Source of the DNA: an uncultured Flavobacteriales bacterium
Lineage (GTDB): Bacteria > Bacteroidota > Bacteroidia > Flavobacteriales_G > Salibacteraceae
DNA length: 29,809 nt
Direction of reading: 5' to 3'
Assembly: GCA_964637935.1 (NCBI GenBank)
Contig: CAZWXC010000001.1
Coordinates: forward strand, 4,772-34,580
Shown piece after piece: positions 9,357 to 16,320 of this stretch (position 1 is its first letter; each line of letters opens with the position of its first letter). The notes under the pieces were generated by a model, which did no database searches, was not told where the DNA came from, and was given only the letters and a program-made list of their open reading frames with translations. The translations under genes and the position numbers were made by a program.

Positions 9357-9494
9357 ATGAAAAAAGAGCATCTTCCAACTAAAATATGCCTTGTTTGCCA
9401 AAGACCTTTTGCTTGGCGCAAAAAATGGCAACGCGATTGGGAAAATGTAAAATACTGCAGCGATCGATGCAGAAGATCATCTAAAGAATTATGA
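9357..9494 (+). CDS. DUF2256 family small Cys-rich protein (45 aa, not in the ORF track)
   Basis: Hand translation: [45 protein letters not shown]. The stop overlaps the cryptochrome start (ATGA at 9491-9494). Confidence 0.93.
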   Translation: MKKEHLPTKICLVCQRPFAWRKKWQRDWENVKYCSDRCRRSSKEL

Positions 9495-10864
9495 AAAAAA
9501 ATGCCTTAATCTGGATCAGAAACGATCAACGGCTGCATGATAACGAAGCATTGGTATCAGCCTTGGCCAATTATGAAGAAGTGCTTCCCGTTTTTGTTAT
9601 TGACAATAGGCTTTTTGAGCAATCGATCATAAATGAAAAAAGAGCATCAAATCGGAGGCTAAATTTCTTGGGAGAATCATTATTGAATCTTCAGTCAAAT
9701 TATAAAAATATTGGTGGCAACATACTTTGCCTGCAGGGCAAAGTGGCTGAAAAAATTATTTCTGTTTGCAAGCAATTTGAGATTGACACCATTTACACTT
9801 CGGCAGAATATACTGCCGAAGAGCAAAGTGATGAACTCCTAATAATGAAAGCAGGACTTAACCTGAAGCTTTTTCATCAGAATACATTGTTACACATTGA
9901 TGATCTAGATTTTGAAATAGAAAAGCTCCCAAACATATTTACAGAATTTAGAAAGCGAGTAGAAAAAGTTGGGCACTTCAGAACACCACTTCCGAAACCT
10001 TCTAAAATCAGAATTCCTGCTGGCATTGATTTTTCAGCAACGGAATTGAATATAAAAACACACTTGATTACGTCTATAGAAAACGACCCAAGGGCTGCAA
10101 TCACATTTGTTGGCGGAGAAACACAAGCTTTAAAAAGACTGCATTATTATCTGTTCGAATCTAAATCAATTGCCAACTATAAAGAGACAAGAAACGAGCT
10201 GTTAGGGGAAAACTACAGCTCAAAATTCTCAGCTTGGTTGACTTTAGGTAATATTTCAGCAAGGCAAATAAAAGCTGAAATAACAATGTTTGAAGAAAAC
10301 ATCACGAGCAACGAAAGCACTTATTGGCTGGTTTTTGAATTGCTTTGGCGAGACTATTTCAACTTTGTGAGCTTAAAATACGGCAAGAGGATTTTTACAA
10401 AATCTGGCATCAAAAAAGTAATACAAAACAGTGATGGTCAATCTAGCACTCATTTCGAAAACTGGAAAACTGGAAAAACTGGAAATACATTTGTTGATGC
10501 CAATATGGTAGAGCTTGTAAAAACAGGTTTTATGAGTAATCGTGGCCGTCAAAATGTTGCAAGTTATTTGGTGAAAGACCTAAATGTAAACTGGCAACTA
10601 GGAGCGTCTTTTTTCGAGCATCACCTCATTGACTTTGATGCCTCAAGCAACTTTTGTAATTGGCAATACGTAGCAGGCATAGGCAACGACCCAAGAGAAA
10701 ACCGATATTTCAACACCATTACTCAAGCACAGCGATATGATGCCGAAGCCATGTTCATCAAAACGTGGTTGCCCCATTTATCAAAACTTCATCCAAAAGC
10801 AGCAATTTCACCTTGGCTTTTCTATCCAAAAGAATACAAGCAACCTGTCTTTTTAAAGGAATAG
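9491..10864 (+). CDS. Cryptochrome DASH family photolyase-like flavoprotein
   Basis: N-terminal [53 protein letters not shown] and [16 protein letters not shown]. Confidence 0.92.
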   Translation: MKKNALIWIRNDQRLHDNEALVSALANYEEVLPVFVIDNRLFEQSIINEKRASNRRLNFLGESLLNLQSNYKNIGGNILCLQGKVAEKIISVCKQFEIDTIYTSAEYTAEEQSDELLIMKAGLNLKLFHQNTLLHIDDLDFEIEKLPNIFTEFRKRVEKVGHFRTPLPKPSKIRIPAGIDFSATELNIKTHLITSIENDPRAAITFVGGETQALKRLHYYLFESKSIANYKETRNELLGENYSSKFSAWLTLGNISARQIKAEITMFEENITSNESTYWLVFELLWRDYFNFVSLKYGKRIFTKSGIKKVIQNSDGQSSTHFENWKTGKTGNTFVDANMVELVKTGFMSNRGRQNVASYLVKDLNVNWQLGASFFEHHLIDFDASSNFCNWQYVAGIGNDPRENRYFNTITQAQRYDAEAMFIKTWLPHLSKLHPKAAISPWLFYPKEYKQPVFLKE

Positions 10865-10917
10865 ACTGCACTATAGTTGGTGTGGCTCAAGTACTTTTGA
10901 CACATCTTCACCCAGCT

Positions 10918-13116
10918 ATGCAACCATTCAGTTATAACTTTTATCGATCGCTCGTGGCCAAAATTTGGCTTTCGGCACTTTTGCTAGCAAGTTTTAATTG
11001 GGCCAATGCACAACAAGCCGAGTTTAAATCCACGGCCTGTGCTCAACACGAAAAATATAGTCGGTTTGTTGAAGCTAGAGAATGTGCTCAAACCATCATA
11101 AAACACTCAAAAGACAGCATTGAACTGGCTTCGGCTTTCGCAGTCTTGGCTCGTGTGGAGGATGAGTACTTCAGTTACGAAAAAGGTGATTCACTCTTTA
11201 CCCTCGCTCTTTCCTATTTCCCGAAAAGGGAAAAAAACACCGTCTTATATGCCGATTTTATTTTTGAAATAGCACAATTTCATAAGGCCTATTACAAATT
11301 TGATACTGCACTTGGTTATTTAAAAGATGCACTGAAGCTCTCGAAAACTAAACATCAAGAGCTATCAAACCAAATGCAAATAGCTTCTGCCTTTGCGCTA
11401 ATTGATGAAAACGACAGCAGCGATCATTATTTAGACTTAGCAAAGCAAGGACTAGCAGAAGCTGGTGAAGATCAGCTATACATGGCAAGGTATTACCTTA
11501 ATTTAGGACAGTTTTATTTTGACAACAACGATTACGTTCGATGCGTTCCGGCTCTGGCTGCGGCCATAGATCATTATAAGCATGTATCTAAAAACTTAGA
11601 AAAAGCAGAAGCCTATTTCTTAATGGGTGATGCTTATTCAGCAGTGAGAAATAATGCGCGCGCAGTAGAACTTTACAAGGATGCACTTCTTCTTTATAAA
11701 ACGCTTTCGCAAGATGAACTGATAAACACCAAAAACACACTTGGCTGGGCATACTATCACTTGAAGCAGCCAGATAGTGCTTATTTATACTTAACATCGG
11801 CTCTGCAAGATTATCAGCAAATAGCGCCAAGTAGTATACTTAGAGCTTACCCTATAGGTAATTTAGGTCTAGTTTACTTAGAGCTTGACAGCTTAGCAAA
11901 AGCAGAAGAATTCTCGAAAAATGCAAGCCTACTATTTGCTCAACTTGGTTTTACCCCAGGTGTGGCAGAAGCGCTCAACAACCTAGGAAGCATTTATTTA
12001 AAGCAAAATAAACTATCCGAAGCAAAAGCAAAATTTACCGAAGCGCTGAATTTGAGTTACGATGTTTGGTATGAGCCCATCGAAGTAATGAACAGCCAAC
12101 TTGGGCTTTCTGAAATAGCACACCAGAGAAACCAACCTGAATTAGCTTTTGATTACCTAAAAAGTGCTACTCACATTAAAGACAGCATTTTCAATGTTGA
12201 AATTGCCACGGAGATTCTTGCCGATGAAATGGATAAGAGCATTTCGAGCGTAGAAAATAAATTGCGTCAAGCCGAAATGGAAAAAAACGAGAAAAATGTG
12301 GCACTCAAAAAGAGCCAGTTTGCGCTTATCGCGATAAGTATTACGTTGATCATTGTAATTATTGCGAGTATTGCGATTTCTGTAAGCTGGCGCCAGAGGC
12401 AAACAGCCATTAAGAAGCAAACCGAAATATTGTCTATCAACCAAGAAATCATAAGGATGATCAGTCATGATTTCAGAGGTCCTATGAATAATATCAGAAG
12501 CTTGATGGAACTCATTCGCGATGAAACCATGAGTATCCAAGATTTTAATGAAGTATCAGAAATCATTTATAGACAAACTTGTGACATCTCTCTTATGTTT
12601 GAAACCTTTGTGGGATGGGCGTTGAGTCAAAGTAACAACTACACTCCCAAAACCGAAAAGACAGATTGGACAGAGAATGTGCAGGGCGTTATCAACTTGC
12701 TTTCTCCGCTTGCAGCAATAAAGCAGATTGAACTTAAACTAGATAATGAACAAGATATAATCATTGATACCGACCGAATTGCGGCACAATTGGTACTTCG
12801 AAATTTAATCTCAAATGCAATAAAGTACTCTTTTGAAAATTCGACTATCGAAATAAATGTGTTTAAATCAGGAAACACATTGATAACAAGGATTCGAGAT
12901 TTTGGTGTAGGAATGGATCGAGAACGAATTGACGAAATTTTCAAATCAGATATTAATTCTAACGCTGGCACCAAAAATGAAATTGGCAGTGGATTAGGAC
13001 TTACCATGGCTTTGAAATTTGCAGAACTAAACGGTGGCAGAATAGAAGTAGAAAGTGAACTTGGCAAAGGCTCAGTGTTCACCTATTTTTTACCTATAAA
13101 GCCCCTGTCAGCTTAA
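10918..13116 (+). CDS. TPR-repeat membrane sensor histidine kinase (start moved from 10765 to ATG 10918)
   Basis: Signal peptide ending WANA|Q, several TPR-like repeats (e.g. AEALNNLGSIYLKQNKLSEAKAKFTEAL), TM FALIAISITLIIVIIASIAISV, H-box SHDFRGP, N-box NLISNAIKYS, G boxes DFGVGM and GSGLGL. The longer ORF start overlaps cry-DASH by 100 nt. Confidence 0.9.
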   Translation: MQPFSYNFYRSLVAKIWLSALLLASFNWANAQQAEFKSTACAQHEKYSRFVEARECAQTIIKHSKDSIELASAFAVLARVEDEYFSYEKGDSLFTLALSYFPKREKNTVLYADFIFEIAQFHKAYYKFDTALGYLKDALKLSKTKHQELSNQMQIASAFALIDENDSSDHYLDLAKQGLAEAGEDQLYMARYYLNLGQFYFDNNDYVRCVPALAAAIDHYKHVSKNLEKAEAYFLMGDAYSAVRNNARAVELYKDALLLYKTLSQDELINTKNTLGWAYYHLKQPDSAYLYLTSALQDYQQIAPSSILRAYPIGNLGLVYLELDSLAKAEEFSKNASLLFAQLGFTPGVAEALNNLGSIYLKQNKLSEAKAKFTEALNLSYDVWYEPIEVMNSQLGLSEIAHQRNQPELAFDYLKSATHIKDSIFNVEIATEILADEMDKSISSVENKLRQAEMEKNEKNVALKKSQFALIAISITLIIVIIASIAISVSWRQRQTAIKKQTEILSINQEIIRMISHDFRGPMNNIRSLMELIRDETMSIQDFNEVSEIIYRQTCDISLMFETFVGWALSQSNNYTPKTEKTDWTENVQGVINLLSPLAAIKQIELKLDNEQDIIIDTDRIAAQLVLRNLISNAIKYSFENSTIEINVFKSGNTLITRIRDFGVGMDRERIDEIFKSDINSNAGTKNEIGSGLGLTMALKFAELNGGRIEVESELGKGSVFTYFLPIKPLSA

Positions 13117-13648
13117 AAAAATCCTTGAGTACTTGCTTTACTGCACTTCTTTCAGATCTGGTATTGAGTATTTGCTTCCACCCTTCACTATCTTTTAAAA
13201 AAAAGCGGCTGCTGTCAGCTAAAATAGCTTGATAGGTATCAAAAGCAGCATTGAGGTTCTCTTGATTATTTGCCAACCCTAGATGATAGATATTACTATC
13301 AAAGCTGAGAATGCAATAACTATAATTCAGCGAATCTTCAACACCCAAAGGTTCAGGCAATATGTAAGCCTGATCGTGGAGCCAGTTACATACTATCGTA
13401 AAATTCAGTGCTGGTACCTGACGGTTCTTTACTCGTTTTTCGAAGCGAAAGAGCTCAAATTTTGCTTCTTCACGCCATTCCCGTTCATAATAATACTGCC
13501 TCAGATTTTTGAAAAACCGCTCGTCAGACTCCAATACACGAAACCCTAATTTCTCTTCTTTCAGCATACTTGCTTCATCATAAAATGCGATCATTAACAC
13601 AACAAGAATTGCCATGGTGGCAAAAAATAGTTTCTGAAGCTTTTTCAT
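13094..13648 (-). CDS. Hypothetical protein with N-terminal membrane anchor (184 aa)
   Basis: Hydrophobic LFFATMAILVVLMIAFY followed by a normal-composition soluble domain; overlaps the kinase 3' end by 23 nt. Confidence 0.7.
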   Translation of the reverse strand: MKKLQKLFFATMAILVVLMIAFYDEASMLKEEKLGFRVLESDERFFKNLRQYYYEREWREEAKFELFRFEKRVKNRQVPALNFTIVCNWLHDQAYILPEPLGVEDSLNYSYCILSFDSNIYHLGLANNQENLNAAFDTYQAILADSSRFFLKDSEGWKQILNTRSERSAVKQVLKDFFKLTGAL

Positions 13649-13899
13649 GAAAAGACAAACACCTAAACCAGGAGATTAGTTGCGAAATGCAGCTTTCATT
13701 TAGTCAAAAAACAGGACTAAAAAGTGCAAACGTGAAAATACGTTAGTGCATAATTTTTGGATTTCAACAATTTAATTAAAATTATAATTCACTGATTATC
13801 AATCTAATTTAATCCGTTTTTTACCTATTCTTAACAACTAATGAAACCTTAAAAAGGTCATGGTAGTAAAAGACCACCAAGAGAAAACAAACAATAACC

Positions 13900-14763
13900 A
13901 TGTTACGCACCCTTATAACGTCCCTAGTTATAGCAACCCAAATAAGCGCATTTGGTAGCGAAGTAAAAATCAGCGAGCTGAACAATGCGCAAGACAACTT
14001 TAAGTATGAAAATGCTGGAGTTGCAGTTTCGCCAGCGCACCTCAGATTCAATGTAGAACCAGGAGGAAGCAAAACGTCTAAAGTGACGATTAACAATGAC
14101 ACTGAAAGACCAGGTTCATTCAAACTATCGTTTAACGATTTTAACATGAATGGCTACGGCAAAAGTGAATTTTTGAAACCTGGAACCGGTGACCACAGTC
14201 TTTCTAAATGGATCAACGTTTCACCATCATTTGTTGAACTTAAGCCAGGCGAGAAAAAAGAAATCGTAGTTACCATAAGCGTTCCGGCTGATGATGCCGA
14301 TGCAAATAAGGCTGCATGGTGTGTGTTACTTGTAGAACAAGCTGAGGAACGTAAGACCATTGATCCGGGGAATAATTCAGAACAAATAGCATTTGGTATC
14401 ATACCAACATTTGCGTTTGGAGTATTTATCTATCAAAATCCACCAAATGTTGAGTCGAACAAAGTAGACATTATAGATTTTGACTTCTTCAGTAGTGAAA
14501 CTGAAAAAACACTTGCCATAGATGTTGAAAATGTGGGTGATGGCATCACTTACTGCAGCATTTATGTTGAACTCACCAACCTAAAAACAGGCGCAAGCGA
14601 GAAAATCGCAATGAAAACATTCACGATCGTGCCTGGCTTAAAAAGGGTATTTAAATTTCCTTTACCAGAAAACTACAGCACCGGAAGCTACTCTGCAGTA
14701 AGCGTGCTAGATTTTGGCAGCGATGAAGAATTGCAAGCTGCTGAAATAGAATTTACACTGTAA
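13900..14763 (+). CDS. Putative periplasmic fimbrial chaperone (two Ig-like domains, PapD/CfaA/DUF916-like)
   Basis: Signal peptide; GVAVSP..LRF, TINN, WINVSP..VELKPGEKKEIVV, and G1-like strand FAFGVFIYQNP; the second domain has IDVENVGDG and GSYSAVSVLDFG. Confidence 0.7.
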   Translation: MLRTLITSLVIATQISAFGSEVKISELNNAQDNFKYENAGVAVSPAHLRFNVEPGGSKTSKVTINNDTERPGSFKLSFNDFNMNGYGKSEFLKPGTGDHSLSKWINVSPSFVELKPGEKKEIVVTISVPADDADANKAAWCVLLVEQAEERKTIDPGNNSEQIAFGIIPTFAFGVFIYQNPPNVESNKVDIIDFDFFSSETEKTLAIDVENVGDGITYCSIYVELTNLKTGASEKIAMKTFTIVPGLKRVFKFPLPENYSTGSYSAVSVLDFGSDEELQAAEIEFTL

Positions 14764-14810
14764 TTAATACACTCAAAATAGTTCGTTAACCTTTCAATTA
14801 TCAATTTCTC

Positions 14811-15587
14811 ATGAAAAAAATCACAGGAACCGCAGCTGCATTTCTAGGACTTGCATTTGCCGCAAACGCTCAGTTAATCGATGAAAAAGATGTTACAGTA
14901 ACCATGGATTTACAGCCAGTACTGCAACTTGAGATGACTACGCCAAACCAAATCGAGTTCACATTCGATGAAATTTCTGAATACTACGCTGGTATTACAC
15001 AATATGCGGCTACCATTCTAAAAGTAAGTTCAACTGTAAGTTGGGATTTGTATGCAGTTGGCCGTTCAAACGGAACAAACGGTGCTGAATTCTGGGATCA
15101 ACAAATTGACTATGGTAACGACAACCCAAACGCAATTCCTGATCTTCCATTGAGCTTATTAGAACTGCGTCAATCTCAAGCAAACAACGGTGATGGTGCT
15201 GCAACAGGCGCATTCACAGATTACAACCAAGCTTTTTCTCCATCAGGAACTCCAAGTGCTGGTAACAGTCTTTATGTAAACGGTGGTACAATCACACCTC
15301 CAACCGCAGATGACAAGTATATTGCTGGTCACTCAGGTACTTCAGGTGTGGCTGGTGATGACTTTATTGCTGGTGGTAGCTACTTAACTCAAACTGGAAA
15401 TACTTCTGATTACTATTACGCAATCGATTACCGTATTCTTCCTGGTTTGCCAGCTATTTTCCCTAACGCTGCTGATGCAGACGGAGCAACATTTGAAGAC
15501 ATCATTACTGTAAATGGCGCTGGTTCTTATGCTGAGCCAGGTGTTTACACTATGTACGTTCAGTATGTTCTTCTTGAAGATCAATAG
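14811..15587 (+). CDS. Putative major fimbrial subunit with N-terminal donor strand
   Basis: Signal peptide ending AANA|Q; mature N-terminus EKDVTVTMDLQPVLQL; C-terminus PGVYTMYVQYVL; G/T/N/D/A-rich and Cys-free; followed by a hairpin. Confidence 0.7.
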   Translation: MKKITGTAAAFLGLAFAANAQLIDEKDVTVTMDLQPVLQLEMTTPNQIEFTFDEISEYYAGITQYAATILKVSSTVSWDLYAVGRSNGTNGAEFWDQQIDYGNDNPNAIPDLPLSLLELRQSQANNGDGAATGAFTDYNQAFSPSGTPSAGNSLYVNGGTITPPTADDKYIAGHSGTSGVAGDDFIAGGSYLTQTGNTSDYYYAIDYRILPGLPAIFPNAADADGATFEDIITVNGAGSYAEPGVYTMYVQYVLLEDQ

Positions 15588-15611
15588 TAGCAAGGCATCA
15601 ATATAATATTG

Positions 15612-15650
15612 AAAAAGCCGATGCTCCATTACCGGGTATCGGCTTTTTTT
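15612..15650 (+). terminator. Intrinsic terminator or mRNA-stabilising hairpin after the major subunit
   Basis: aaaaa-GCCGATGCTC-cattacc-GGGTATCGGC-ttttttt: a 10-bp stem with two G-U pairs and a 7-nt U tract. Confidence 0.85.
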
Positions 15651-15683
15651 GCCTTTACTTGCACACCCTTTCACCCACAACCA

Positions 15684-16292
15684 ATGAAACTGTTTTTTAC
15701 AGTATTTTTTCTGACGCTTTTCCCAGTTTATAACTGGGCTCAGCTGCATTGTGGCACGGTGAACATAGAACCAAACACACCTGTTAATGCCAATTTCACA
15801 TTCGACTCATTTACCGATTATGAAGGTGGAATAACCATTAACAATGTTGCAACCATAAGAGTCAAGGTAGAGCATCAAGCTATACCAGACTTAGATTGTA
15901 AGTGGTTTTTATACATGCAAGTAAACAATAACCCAGGCTCAGGCACCGCAGCTCCTAATTGGGAAAAACTCTCAAACTATGGAAGCACTGGTGGTTCTGA
16001 ACCGTCTATCGACATCTTAGAAATTAAGGTTCGAAACAATTGTCAAACTTCACCTATTGACGGTATTTACCAGAGTTTTACCACCAATGGAGATGTAATT
16101 GACATTATCGCAGATTTGCTTCCACTTACAGCTGCTGGCGCTTGTGCTGCTAACACCAATGGTCCAGGAAGCTTTCTCACGAATTATGACGAATACACCT
16201 TTACGGTAGATATTAGAGTAGCGCCTGGCTACACATTCAACCCAGGCATTTATGAGCTTGATATTCTCTTTCACTTAGAAGAGCAACTTTAA
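15684..16292 (+). CDS. Putative minor/tip fimbrial subunit, 202 aa (start moved from 15609 to ATG 15684)
   Basis: Signal MKLFFTVFFLTLFPVYNWA|Q. It shares FTFD...Y..GIT and the C-terminal PG.Y strand with the major subunit and has 4 Cys. The 15609 start would translate through the terminator. Confidence 0.65.
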   Translation: MKLFFTVFFLTLFPVYNWAQLHCGTVNIEPNTPVNANFTFDSFTDYEGGITINNVATIRVKVEHQAIPDLDCKWFLYMQVNNNPGSGTAAPNWEKLSNYGSTGGSEPSIDILEIKVRNNCQTSPIDGIYQSFTTNGDVIDIIADLLPLTAAGACAANTNGPGSFLTNYDEYTFTVDIRVAPGYTFNPGIYELDILFHLEEQL

Positions 16293-16320
16293 GATCAAAC
16301 CCACCTTTCGCCCAATCATC

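Noticed and set aside
10765-10917. N-terminal extensions given by the ORF track for the kinase (10765), minor subunit (15609), asnS (29556) and phosphatase 2 (8883)
   Set aside because: They overlap an upstream gene or terminator, or precede a better start that yields a clean signal peptide or a family-typical N-terminus.
13791-13803. ACTGATTATCAAT and the similar CATTGATTTTCAA near 6394 as regulator sites
   Set aside because: They are short, AT-rich and common in Bacteroidota intergenic DNA; two loose copies do not support a call.
13649-13899. Invertible (phase-variable) promoter or housekeeping promoter for the pilus operon
   Set aside because: No long flanking inverted repeats and no recombinase; TAATTTTTG at 13751 has one base too many for TAnnTTTG; GAAACCTT at 13843 lacks the downstream TGTT of the light motif.
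14811-16292. Type V (Bacteroidia Fim/Mfa) pilins or T9SS cargo as the identity of the two subunits
   Set aside because: There is no lipobox Cys or propeptide and no ~70-80-aa T9SS tail; the C-termini are pilin-like strands.
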